Assembly: GCA_963765495.1 (NCBI GenBank) | Contig: CAVXWP010000004.1 | Coordinates: 256,001-320,000, forward strand | DNA from: Blastocatellia bacterium | Lineage (GTDB): Bacteria; Acidobacteriota; Blastocatellia; UBA7656 | DNA: 64,000 nt | Reading direction: 5' to 3' | Part shown: positions 40,570 through 50,609 of the stretch, piece by piece | Layout: the number at the start of each line of letters is the position of its first letter | Numbering within the stretch: the stretch's first letter is position 1 | Program-made: the position numbers and the translations under genes | The notes under the pieces: model-generated | What the model was told of the DNA's origin: nothing | The model's input: only the letters and a program-made list of their open reading frames with translations | The model's database searches: none

Positions 40570-41370
40570 TTAATTTTCGCCCTCCGGTTTCTTACCCGGG
40601 GCCTGCTGGTCGCGGCCGGCGTCCACCATCGGTCGCGACTCGTTGAAATAATCTGATGTAGGGTCGAGCGCAAGCGTCTGCATCGGATTCACAGGATTGC
40701 CGTCAACGCGCAATTCATAGTGCAGATGCGGCGAAGTAGCCCGTCCAGTGCTGCCTGCACGCCCGATTATCGTTCCACGGTCAACCCGGTCTCCTTCCGA
40801 AACCTCGAACGCGGAAAGATGGGCGTAATACGTGGTGATTCCCCCACCGTGATTTACTATCACCAGATTTCCGTACCCGCGATGCCAGCCCGCGAATTCG
40901 ACTACCCCCGGGTGGCTTGCGCCAACGGGATCGCCTCGACGTGCTTTCAAATCCACACCCGAATGGAATTTGGCGCGGCGAGTGAAAGGGTCGCGCCTGT
41001 ATCCGTATACGCTGTTGACCTTGACGACCGATGATGTCACCGGACGCTCCTCAACCGATCTGTCAGATTTCGCTTCGGAATCTTCGGCTTTCAGAGGGAT
41101 CGAAATTGTGTTCGCGTTTCTCTTGATAACTTTGGGCGCGGGCGGGATGACCGGGGTTACATAATCTGATTCTGCGTCCTCAGCTTGAACGGGTTCTTGT
41201 TCCTGAGTTGGCTGCTTAGCTGTTTCCTGTTGAGGTTTCTTGATTTCTTGTGGGGGGTTGGGCCGAGTTTCTACTCGTTGAATCGTGCTTTCCTGCGCTT
41301 GAGCGCCTGTCGAAATTATCAGTGCAAATATGAATGCCAGAAAAAAATTCCTGCGGGTCTCTACCTTCAT
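40570..41370 (-). CDS. M23 family metallopeptidase
   Basis: FHSGVDL, GYGNLV, YAHLS and SPHLHYE; signal peptide. Confidence 0.95.
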   Translation of the reverse strand: MKVETRRNFFLAFIFALIISTGAQAQESTIQRVETRPNPPQEIKKPQQETAKQPTQEQEPVQAEDAESDYVTPVIPPAPKVIKRNANTISIPLKAEDSEAKSDRSVEERPVTSSVVKVNSVYGYRRDPFTRRAKFHSGVDLKARRGDPVGASHPGVVEFAGWHRGYGNLVIVNHGGGITTYYAHLSAFEVSEGDRVDRGTIIGRAGSTGRATSPHLHYELRVDGNPVNPMQTLALDPTSDYFNESRPMVDAGRDQQAPGKKPEGEN

Positions 41371-41665
41371 TAAAAACTTTCTCCTTTCCAGATTGGCCGG
41401 AACAGCCCGACCGCATCTGTTACCGAATTTGCTCGAACTGCTAAATTTTCAGGTGAGGTATTTTGCCAGGAGGCCGCATTCTATGTAGCCGGGTACACCA
41501 TTGTCAATACCCGGCCCCCGATTGGGGAGGCAAAAATTTCTTGTGAATTTATTGCGAGAGATTAAATGTCTGCCGGAATACGTCTTTCGCGCTCGAAATT
41601 GACAAAAGCGCCGCGCGCGTAGACAATTCCTTCAGCCTCGATTCAGAGCGAAAGGTCATTTCAGG

Positions 41666-42985
41666 ATGAAGAAAAAACTCACAGCCGGTATAGCCTTAAT
41701 GCTGGCTTTTATATTTTCGGTGAGCGCTGGGGTCAGGGCGCGGCAAAGCAGCGCCTCTATCACAAAGCCGGACGCATCGGCGCTCAAGGCGACCGGCGAT
41801 ATACTCACAAGCGTCAGCCGTCTGCGCAGGCTCGACATCAAGCGGTCGGTCAAAAGCGGCTTCAAGACTCACGACGAGATACAGCAATCCGTCATAGACG
41901 ACCTGGATGAGAACACCAAACCGGCCGAATTCGAGGCTACATCGAAGGCGCTGATCAAACTGGGACTGATCCCGCGAGATTTCCAGCTCCGCGATTATGT
42001 GATCAAGCTTCTGCGAGAGCAGGTGGCCGGGTTTTACGAGCCAAAGACACAGGAGTTTTATCTCGCGGCGTGGCTGCCTATCTCTGAACAAAAGACCGTG
42101 ATGGCACACGAACTCGTGCACGCATTGCAGGATCAGCATTTCAATCTGCGCCGGTTTGAGAAGTGGCCAAAAGGCGATGCTGATGCGGAGCTTGCCACTC
42201 GCGCCCTCATCGAAGGCGACGCAACGATTGTGATGTTTCAATATGCCGCCGAGCAGCAGAAGTTCATATTCGATGTGACCAGGATGGATTCGCTCACCGA
42301 AAAGCTGCTTGAGCAGGGCGACTCCGAAGACGAAGGCAAGTACCCGGTGCTGAATCAGGCCCCGATTGTCCTGCGCGAAAATCTGCAATTCCCCTACGTT
42401 TACGGCGCGGGCTTTGTACAGGCCATGATGAAACATTCGCCTGAGGCGCTCAATAGAAGCTACGTCAATCTGCCAGCTTCAACCGAGCAGATAATCCACC
42501 CCGACCGATACTTTGCCGGTGACAGGCCGGTGAAGATCGAAATCGGCGATCTGGTTTCAGCAATGGGCGAGGGATGGAAGCGCACGGACATGGATGTAAA
42601 CGGAGAGTTCGGATACCAGGTCGTTCTCTCTCAATTTATAGACAAAAACAAGGCTCGTCGGGCAGCCGCTGGATGGGGCGGCGACCGTTACGCGCTGCTG
42701 GAAAACAACCGGGGCGGCCTTGTGCTTGCGCAATACACGACCTGGGACAGCGCCGAGGACGCGAAGGAATTCTTCGATTCTTACAGCGAGCGTACGGAGA
42801 AACGCTACGGTATAAACAGCCCGGCAGACCCGGCTGCCTCGCCGCGCATCTACGAGACATCCGAAGGGCTCGCCTCGATTGAATTGCGCGATAAAGATGT
42901 AGTGATTATCGAAGGAGCGGAGAATCGCGAGCAGTTGGCGCGACTTTCAGCAAAGCTCTGGTTGAGCAAGAAAACCGTCAAGTAG
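41666..42985 (+). CDS. Secreted zincin-like metallopeptidase (HEXXH)
   Basis: AGFYEP, AHELVHALQDQHF, LIEGDA, STEQIIHP and AAAGWGGDR. Confidence 0.85.
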   Translation: MKKKLTAGIALMLAFIFSVSAGVRARQSSASITKPDASALKATGDILTSVSRLRRLDIKRSVKSGFKTHDEIQQSVIDDLDENTKPAEFEATSKALIKLGLIPRDFQLRDYVIKLLREQVAGFYEPKTQEFYLAAWLPISEQKTVMAHELVHALQDQHFNLRRFEKWPKGDADAELATRALIEGDATIVMFQYAAEQQKFIFDVTRMDSLTEKLLEQGDSEDEGKYPVLNQAPIVLRENLQFPYVYGAGFVQAMMKHSPEALNRSYVNLPASTEQIIHPDRYFAGDRPVKIEIGDLVSAMGEGWKRTDMDVNGEFGYQVVLSQFIDKNKARRAAAGWGGDRYALLENNRGGLVLAQYTTWDSAEDAKEFFDSYSERTEKRYGINSPADPAASPRIYETSEGLASIELRDKDVVIIEGAENREQLARLSAKLWLSKKTVK

Positions 42986-42986
42986 C

Positions 42987-43089
42987 GATGCGTGAAGCGT
43001 AATTCGTGAAGTTAGCGGTGAATCTATCAACAGGTAATTACCTGAAAGTCACGCATCTCGCTTCACGCTTCACGCTTCACGCTTCACGC
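42987..43089. repeat. Heptamer-armed palindrome (GTGAAGC/GCTTCAC family)
   Basis: GCGTGAAGCGTAATTCGTGAAG, core, then GCTTCAC repeats. Confidence 0.9.
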
Positions 43090-43099
43090 ACACACTGCC

Positions 43100-45667
43100 A
43101 TGAAAAAATCGCCCCTCTCGAAAATCGTTGCGGCCATCATAATCATCGGATCATTAGCCTTCGCCTCAAGTACAACCTTTGGGCAAACTCATCCCGCCAC
43201 GCCGTTCCCGCATTCGGATCAACTCGAAAAACTGACTCATGATGTAGCGGCTGAAGCGGTAAAGCGATTTGGTGCGGGCGGACTTACGGCGGAAAAAATC
43301 GCGCTGACCGTGATTGATTTGAACGACCGTCAACACCCGACGTGGGCGAGCTATCGCGGACAGGAGCGCATATATCCCGCAAGCGTAGTGAAACTCTTTT
43401 ACCTCGTAGCGGCTTATCATTTGATCGAAACAGGCGCGCTCAAGCAGACGCCCGGGCTGGAACGCGCTCTTCACGATATGATCGTTGATTCGTCAAACGA
43501 TGCGACACATTACGTGGTTGACGCGGTGACGGGCACAACCGGCGGGCCTGAACTCGATGACGAGGCGCTTAAAGAGTGGATCGAGAAGCGAAACAGCGTA
43601 AACAGATATTTCTCAAGCCTCGGCTATGAAAATATCAACGTAAATCAAAAGACGTGGTGTGAAGGCCCGTACGGACGCGAGCGGCAGGGGCTTGGGCCGA
43701 ATTTCGAGCATCGCAACATGCTCACTACCGAAGCCGTGGCTCGCATCCTGGCTGAAATCGCCACAGACCGCGCCGCTTCTCCGGCCGACACCCGCGCAAT
43801 GATGACCTTGATGCACCGCGACCCGCAGATCAGGTCCACGGACCCCGATGATCAGGCAACGGCTTATCTCGGCAAAGGGCTGCCCGCGGGTTCCGAGTAT
43901 TACTCAAAGGCCGGATGGACATCTCAGACCCGGCACGACTCGGCCTACATACGGCTTCCAAACGGAGCCGAATATGTGCTGGTCGTCTTCACGGTTGACA
44001 ATAGCACTCAGGCCGATATTATTCCGTTCGTGTCTCGACTCGTCGCAGAAGAGTTTTCAAAGAGCCGCCCCCGAGCCGATCTCATATTGCTCAACGGAAG
44101 GCTCTGGACAGGAAACCCGAATCATCCCTGGGCCGAAGCCTTAGCCTCGCGCGGCGAACGCATCATCGCCATCGGCTCGAATGACGAGATCAAAAATCTC
44201 CGCGCGGACAAGATCCGCGTGATTGATCTTGAAGGGCGGCTCGTGCTTCCGGGCTTTATTGACGATCACACCCACTTCGTAAGCGGGGGTTTTCAACTGC
44301 TCTCGGTTGATCTGAGAGATGCGCGCACGCCCGAAGAGTTCGCCCGGCGAATCAAAGAGAGGGCCGGGCAAACCGCGCCCGGCAGGTGGATTACCGGAGG
44401 CGATTGGGATCACGAGCTATGGCCGAAAGCGCCCCTGCCGACAAAAGAACTCATAGACCGTTACACGCCCGATACTCCGGTATTTGTCTCGCGTCTTGAC
44501 GGTCATATGGCGCTCGCCAACAGCGTAGTGCTGAGGCTTGCGAAAATCACAAAAGAGACAAAAGACCCGCCGGGCGGAACCATCGTGCGCGACCCGAAAA
44601 CTGGCGAGGCTACAGGCGTGTTAAAAGACGCGGCTATGGGTCTTGTGTGGCCGCTCGTTCCCGACCCGACCGCTGCCGAGTATGACGAGGCGCTCAAGGC
44701 GGCGCTCGCCGAAGCCGCGCGCCGGGGAGTCACCTCGATTCAAGACATTACATCCTGGGCCGATTACGAAGTATACAGACGGTTTCGCGATGAAGACCGA
44801 TTGACCACGCGAATCTACGCCCGCACGCCCATGATCGAGTGGAAGCGGCAGGCCGACCTTGTGGCTCGCCGGAACGCGGGCGACCATTGGTTGCGGCTCG
44901 GCGGGCTCAAGGCTTTTATGGATGGCTCATTAGGCTCGACCACGGCGCTTTTCTTCGAGCCTTATGTTGATGCGCCCGACACAAAAGGGCTTGCGGTTGA
45001 CGACAACCCCGAAGGCTCGCTCAAGAAGCTGATAATCGAAGCCGATCGGGCGGGACTTCAGTGCTCGGTCCACGCAATCGGGGACAGAGCAAACGACCTG
45101 CTGCTAAATTACTTCGAAGAAGCCGAAAAAGAGAACGGCCCGCGTGACCGCAGGTTTCGCATAGAGCACGCCCAACATCTGAAAGTCAGCGACATTCCGC
45201 GATTCAAGGCTCTTGGCGTGATCGCTTCGATGCAGCCCTATCACGCAATCGATGACGGGCGCTGGGCAGAAAAGAGGATCGGCCCCGAGCGGATAAAATC
45301 CACATATGCGTTTCGGTCGCTGCTCGATGCGGGCGCAACCCTTGTCTTCGGATCGGATTGGACCGTAGCTCCTATCTCGCCGATTCTCGGCATTCACGCG
45401 GCGGTGACCCGGCAGACCATCGACGGCAAGAATCCGGGCGGATGGGTTCCCGAGCAGAAGATTTCTGTCGAAGAAGCGGTTCGAGCCTATACCTCATCGT
45501 GCGCCTTCGCCGAGTTTGCCGAGCGCGACAAAGGAACGCTTGAAACGGGCAAGCTCGCCGATCTGGTCGTCCTGTCTCAAGACATCTTCCGTATCAAACC
45601 CGACGAGATACAAAAGACCTCCATCGTTTACACCATCGTGGGAGGCCGCATCGTTTACGGCCAATGA
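43100..45667 (+). CDS. Fusion of a class A beta-lactamase-like serine hydrolase and a YtcJ-like amidohydrolase
   Basis: Signal peptide; SVVK, SSN and KAG, then PGFIDDHTH, HAIGD, RIEHAQ and FGSDW, in one frame. Confidence 0.9.
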   Translation: MKKSPLSKIVAAIIIIGSLAFASSTTFGQTHPATPFPHSDQLEKLTHDVAAEAVKRFGAGGLTAEKIALTVIDLNDRQHPTWASYRGQERIYPASVVKLFYLVAAYHLIETGALKQTPGLERALHDMIVDSSNDATHYVVDAVTGTTGGPELDDEALKEWIEKRNSVNRYFSSLGYENINVNQKTWCEGPYGRERQGLGPNFEHRNMLTTEAVARILAEIATDRAASPADTRAMMTLMHRDPQIRSTDPDDQATAYLGKGLPAGSEYYSKAGWTSQTRHDSAYIRLPNGAEYVLVVFTVDNSTQADIIPFVSRLVAEEFSKSRPRADLILLNGRLWTGNPNHPWAEALASRGERIIAIGSNDEIKNLRADKIRVIDLEGRLVLPGFIDDHTHFVSGGFQLLSVDLRDARTPEEFARRIKERAGQTAPGRWITGGDWDHELWPKAPLPTKELIDRYTPDTPVFVSRLDGHMALANSVVLRLAKITKETKDPPGGTIVRDPKTGEATGVLKDAAMGLVWPLVPDPTAAEYDEALKAALAEAARRGVTSIQDITSWADYEVYRRFRDEDRLTTRIYARTPMIEWKRQADLVARRNAGDHWLRLGGLKAFMDGSLGSTTALFFEPYVDAPDTKGLAVDDNPEGSLKKLIIEADRAGLQCSVHAIGDRANDLLLNYFEEAEKENGPRDRRFRIEHAQHLKVSDIPRFKALGVIASMQPYHAIDDGRWAEKRIGPERIKSTYAFRSLLDAGATLVFGSDWTVAPISPILGIHAAVTRQTIDGKNPGGWVPEQKISVEEAVRAYTSSCAFAEFAERDKGTLETGKLADLVVLSQDIFRIKPDEIQKTSIVYTIVGGRIVYGQ

Positions 45668-45700
45668 AAATACGGCCAATGAAAATACGGCCAGTGAAAA
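45656..45700. repeat. 15 bp tandem repeat x3 spanning a stop codon
   Basis: TACGGCCAATGAAAA x2 plus TACGGCCAGTGAAAA. Confidence 0.9.
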
Positions 45701-45855
45701 TCGCCCCTTTTATCGTTGATCTGGACACGATATGGGGTAAGCGCATCTTTTACCCGGCGATAGATAAGCATACATTCCGGCCCGGTTTTTCGTCTTAGGG
45801 GCCTCAAGAGCGCCGAAATATCCTCCATTTCCCGCATAATTGCCAATTCCATTCT

Positions 45856-45871
45856 AGGAATGGTAGTTGCA
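45856..45871 (+). promoter_or_regulatory. Probable sigma54 promoter
   Basis: AGGAATGGTAGTTGCA (GG-N10-GC) about 85 nt before the 45957 start. Confidence 0.6.
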
Positions 45872-45956
45872 CTCTAATAGGTGATTCTAATGGCTGTTTG
45901 ATTGAAAAAGAGTAATCAAAACAGAGCCGGTAAGGGATTCATGGAGGAGTCAAACA

Positions 45957-48312
45957 ATGTTTAAGAAATTAAGAAACAAATTCCCCGGCAAATCACCAAG
46001 CATCATGCTTGTAGCAGTTCTGGTAGCCATACTCGGGGCTTCGGGGCTGGCTTTGATGTTTTCGAGATCGTCGGATACCAGAGAGGAGGCTACCCTTGAG
46101 CCTATGGCCGCTCGAATCGAGCGAGTCGACGGCGAGGTAGGTGTTGCGCACGCCTCTGACAAGGATAGCGAGGACGAACAGGAGTTCGAAGATGCGACAG
46201 TAAATACGCCTCTATCGGTAGGAGACCGCGTATATGTTCCCGATAACTCTTCGGCTTCGGTAGCATTTACGGCGCGCAATCGAGCGCGGCTCGATTCAGG
46301 AGCATCGCTGGATGTTCTGACGCTCGCCGATAACAGAACGCAACTTGCGCTTAGAGACGGTTCTGCTCTTTTCGACGTGGGCTATCTTGATGACGGCGAT
46401 TTGTTCGAAGTAGCAACGCCAAACGGCGCAATTGATTTTAATGAGCCGGGCCTTTATCAGATAGGCATAGGCAATGACGGCAACACGCTGATCTCTGTCT
46501 TGAGCGGATTGGCACAGGTAGTAGGGATGTCCGGGTCAGGCGAGTTAAGCAAAGGCGAGGTTCTGACGCTTGCCGCTCAGGCGGCTTCGCAGTTGGTAGC
46601 CTCACGCATAGCGCCCGATCTGGCAGGCGGCATAGTCGATGATTATTACGGCTATCGCTACGGAAACAGGTATGATGGCCGTTATCGCGACTATAATGCT
46701 TATCTGAGATGATCCATACTATTATGACCCGTACGCGCATTCGACCAGCTATGAATACATTTCCTATGACGTGCCGGGCGCGTATGACCTTGACGACTAC
46801 GGCGATTGGGTAGACGACAGCAATTATGGCCGATGCTGGTCGCCGCGAGTCGGTTCCAACTGGGCTCCGTATCGCTCAGGGTACTGGGACACAAACAATG
46901 TTTGGGGACCGACCTGGGTATCGCAGGAACCCTGGGGCTGGGCGCCTTATCACTATGGTCGCTGGGCCTACATCAATAACAGCCGATGGGTTTGGGTGCC
47001 TGAAAATGTAAGAGTACGCAGCACTCCCGTATACGCGCCTGCCTGCGTGGCCTTTGTGCCGGTCAGAGAGACGCAACAGATCGCGTGGATACCGCTGGGT
47101 CCGGGCGAGCCTTATGTGCCCAGATACTATGGCGCGAATTTTCAACCTCGATACCTTGCTTCACAGCAGGTTGTGAACCAGTATGTTGAAATTCAGCAGA
47201 CGTTCATAAACACTCGCGCACCGCGCGGGATCACGGCGGTTCAATATTCAGATTTCACGCGAGTGATCGGGCCAAACTATTACAGGCAGGTAGACCCGCA
47301 GTTGTTCGGTCGCTCAAGGGTGGCGATTGACCCGTTTGCGATAGACGATCTTCGTCAGGTGGCGAGACGTGAAAGACACGACCGCAAGAACTTCAAGCTC
47401 TCACGGCAGATGCGCCATCAGTTATTTGACAGACAGGTAGTCGCAAGCGCCACGCCCGTCGTGTCACAGGTTCATTCCGATTTCGCAAAGAGATTTCAGG
47501 TGGAGTCTGTGAGCAACAAACAGAGGAAGCAAAGGCTCAAGATCGAGCGAAGCGGTCAGGTAGTGACTGCTCAGGCGCTCAATAGACGCGGCCAGCACCA
47601 GATCGTTCAGACGGCAAATCAAAAAGCGCAATCGGCCGAAGCAAAACAGCGCAAACACCAGATAGCCGAGTTTCGCGCTCAGGCCGCAAAGGGCGATCAG
47701 AATGCTAGAGATGAGGTGCGCAGGCTAAAGCAGGAGCAACGCGCTTACAAGAAAGCTGTGAAATCCGCCGGATCAGATCAACACCCGGCTTATCTCGGCC
47801 CGCCTGTGAGGAAGAATTCGAGCGCGAAGTCTGAGCGCAGGGCCAGAAAACAGGCCGCACGCCAGCAAAGCAACCCGGCTGTAGTCCAACAGCAGCCCGC
47901 TCAGCAGTCTGCGGCAAAACAGCAGCTACGCCAGCAGCGCAGGGCGCAAAAGAAGGCCGCGCGACAACAGCGAAATCAGCAGCCGAGCGCACGGCAAAGA
48001 CAACAGCCTGCCGCCGTGCGACAGACTGTAAATGTTCCGAACCCGCGCAAGGCCGCGCGGCAGGCGGCGCGGCAGGCCGCCAAACAACAGCGGGCTGTCC
48101 GCCAGCAAAATGTAGTCCGTCAGCAGGTTCGACAGGCTCCGTCTGCTCGACAGGTTCAAAGAACGAACCCTCAGATTAACCAGAGGAAGGCCGAACGGCA
48201 GGCTGCGCGGCAGGCCGCGAGGGTGAATCCTCAGGTCAATCAGAGGAAAGCGGAACGACAGGCCGCGCGGCAGGCCGCAAAGCAGGGCAAGCCAAATAAG
48301 CGCGACCATTGA
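45957..48312 (+). pseudogene. FecR-like + DUF6600 protein with a Gln/Arg/Ala-rich tail, split by a +1 frameshift near 46707
   Basis: Frame ends TAT CTG AGA TGA while the +1 frame continues DDPYYYDPY..VPGAYDLDDYGDW..WAPYRSG..PWGWAPYHYGRW. It may be an intact gene with a sequencing error. Confidence 0.75.
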
Positions 48313-48337
48313 TCAAGGCGGGCGAGTTTGGCAAATG

Positions 48338-48428
48338 GAAGCGTGAAACGTGATCCGTGATTTTTAAGAAGCAGACCTGTTAATGACAAATCGCAGGTCT
48401 TAAAAATCAAGGATCACGCTTCACGCTT
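48338..48428. repeat. Heptamer-armed palindrome (GTGATCC family)
   Basis: AAGCGTGAAACGTGATCCGTGATTTTTAAGA..TCTTAAAAATCAAGGATCACGCTTCACGCTT; core resembles the 7074 copy (TAATGACAAA). Confidence 0.88.
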
Positions 48429-48431
48429 TAT

Positions 48432-48869
48432 CTACTTCCCTGCTTTGGCGGCCAGCGACTCATAGCTTGTCGATTCATCGCTTTCGGTCGAGGAAGGCAG
48501 GTCGAGCATGCTCCAGCCCGGTTCGACGATGCGGCCCGTGTTATCCATAGCGCCTACAAAGCCTCCGCGCACGTTTGCCACGTCGGTGTATCCCATCTGC
48601 GACAGTATTTCACAAGCGCGGGCCGAACGTCCGCCGGTCTTGCAACCGATGACAAGTTTTTCATCCTTTGGGATATTGGCCTCGACTACGGCCATAAAGT
48701 CTGGATTCGAACTCATACCGATGCCCGGGGAAAAATGCATAATGGGGATATTTTTGGCCCCCGCCGGATGACCGGCTTCAAATTCAGGCACCGAGCGGAC
48801 ATCCAGATAAGTATATCCTGAATCTCCCTGCATCAAGTCGTGGGCCTCCTGTGGGCTTACCTCTTTCAT
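48432..48869 (-). CDS. Rhodanese-like domain protein
   Basis: LDVRSVPEFEAGH and CKTGGRS; AAGGAG RBS before ATG 48869. Confidence 0.92.
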   Translation of the reverse strand: MKEVSPQEAHDLMQGDSGYTYLDVRSVPEFEAGHPAGAKNIPIMHFSPGIGMSSNPDFMAVVEANIPKDEKLVIGCKTGGRSARACEILSQMGYTDVANVRGGFVGAMDNTGRIVEPGWSMLDLPSSTESDESTSYESLAAKAGK

Positions 48870-48942
48870 ATTGTCTCCTTTCAATCGTGAGTTTTGATTA
48901 TAGCCAGTAGTGGCTCCGGGTTCCACACTCCGATGCCGCCTC

Positions 48943-49017
48943 AACTGAATGGCCCTGCCGTTGAACAGGGCCATTCAGTTTTCAAGATGTAGATAAGGAA
49001 AAAGGAGAATAGGCCGC
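48943..49017. mobile_element. Abutting right and left ends of the 2066 MITE family
   Basis: AACTGAATGGCCCTG-CCGTTGAA-CAGGGCCATTCAGTT, then TTCAAGATGTAGATAAGGAA..AATAGGCCGC. Confidence 0.75.
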
Positions 49018-49108
49018 TATAGTCTCAGCCCTGCCTGACTGGCACGTTTCTCTTGCCGGATGCTAAGATTCCTATTTGATTTCATGCTTCGGAGAGTGAG
49101 AGCAGTCA

Positions 49109-50482
49109 ATGCGAGCGCACATAGTTACATTCGGTTGTCAGATGAACGAGTATGACACGCACGCCATTCAATCGGAGCTTGCCGGAATAGGCTACTCGTT
49201 TGTCGACGACTACCACGAAGCGGACCTGGTCCTTGTCAACACCTGCGCCGTTCGCGGCAAGCCCGTAGAAAAAGCTCAGACCCTGCTTGGCGAGTTACGC
49301 AAGGAGAAGCAGGGCCGCAAAAATCTCACCATAGGTCTGATGGGCTGTCTCGCGCAGCTTCCCGAAGGCCAGCGGATGGGTAAAAAATTCGGCGTGGATA
49401 TTATGATCGGACCGGGGGCGATCACGGAGATAGTCCCGGCCATCGAGCGGGGTAAGTTTCAGTCATTCGATTTCAAAGCCGAACTTCAATTTTATTCGCC
49501 TCCTCCGCCCACAGGCTCTGTGTCGGCCCACCTGACCATAATGCGCGGGTGTAACCATCGCTGCACCTACTGTATCGTACCCGCCACGCGCGGGCCTGAA
49601 GTCTCTCGTCCTGCCGCAGACATCATCAATGAAGCGCGGGCGCTGAAAGATGCGGGCGTGGTCGAAATCACCCTGCTCGGACAGAATGTAAACTCATACG
49701 GGATGGTCGCGGGCACAGGTTCGCGGCGCGCGCTTATAGATGGCTATCCATCATTTGCCGAGTTGCTCCGAATGGTGGCCCGCACAGGGATTCCTCGCGT
49801 CAGGTTCGTCACTTCCCATCCCGTGAATTTCGATGATGCGATAATCGAAGCCATCGCCGACAGCCCCGATGTCTGCCGCTACATCCACCTGCCAGTGCAG
49901 TCGGGGTCAAACCGCGTGCTAAAACGGATGGCGCGAGAGTACACACGCGAGTTTTATCTAGACCGCGTGGAAAAGATTCGGCGACTGCTGCCCGATGCAA
50001 CTATCTCTACCGACATTATCGCGGGTTTCCCGGGCGAAACCGATGAGGATTTTGAGGAGACGCTTTCGCTCTATCGCGAGGTCCGCTATGACGCGGCTTA
50101 TATGTTTATCTATTCGGAACGCGAAGGCACGCCCGCATCTGTTCACTTCGGAGATGGTGAGCGTAGCGTCAAGGTAGAGCGACTGGGTCGGCTCATCGAA
50201 CTTGCGAAAGAAATCTCTTATGAACGAAATCAGGAATGGATCGGACGCGAAGTGGAAGTCCTGATCAAGGGGCCTGCCGAAGAGGCGGGCTTTTCGCAGG
50301 GTCATACGCGCGGCAATCACGTAGCGATTGTCAAAGGGGCGCTTCGGCCCGGCTTGCATCGCGTGAGGGTCGCCCACGCAACTCCGAATCGCCTGTATTG
50401 CGCCTCGAATGATTCCGCTATGGCTCTGCCGCCTGAGGCCAACAGGAGAAAACTCGAAGTTTTGTCGATTCCGAGCGTGTGA
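49109..50482 (+). CDS. miaB: tRNA-i6A37 methylthiotransferase
   Basis: TFGCQMN, NTCAVR, GCLAQ, CNHRCTYC, GQNVNSY and HLPVQSGS. Confidence 0.96.
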   Translation: MRAHIVTFGCQMNEYDTHAIQSELAGIGYSFVDDYHEADLVLVNTCAVRGKPVEKAQTLLGELRKEKQGRKNLTIGLMGCLAQLPEGQRMGKKFGVDIMIGPGAITEIVPAIERGKFQSFDFKAELQFYSPPPPTGSVSAHLTIMRGCNHRCTYCIVPATRGPEVSRPAADIINEARALKDAGVVEITLLGQNVNSYGMVAGTGSRRALIDGYPSFAELLRMVARTGIPRVRFVTSHPVNFDDAIIEAIADSPDVCRYIHLPVQSGSNRVLKRMAREYTREFYLDRVEKIRRLLPDATISTDIIAGFPGETDEDFEETLSLYREVRYDAAYMFIYSEREGTPASVHFGDGERSVKVERLGRLIELAKEISYERNQEWIGREVEVLIKGPAEEAGFSQGHTRGNHVAIVKGALRPGLHRVRVAHATPNRLYCASNDSAMALPPEANRRKLEVLSIPSV

Positions 50483-50609
50483 TTGGTACTCCTTATCCGG
50501 CCCCTGTCTTGAACGCCTGCGGATTTAGGTGATATATTGAGAACGCTCCAAAGGTGGAGAAAATAGAAGAAAGCAATAACCAAATAAATACTCTTGCTGG
50601 GAGGTAGAG

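Noticed and set aside
42987-43089. Repeat-core-repeat units as a possible CRISPR array
   Set aside because: The arms are inverted, the units are dispersed single copies, the cores are conserved rather than unique, and there are no cas genes.
49040-49057. TGGCACGTTTCTCTTGC upstream of miaB as a sigma54 promoter
   Set aside because: GG-to-GC spacing is 12 nt rather than the required 10.
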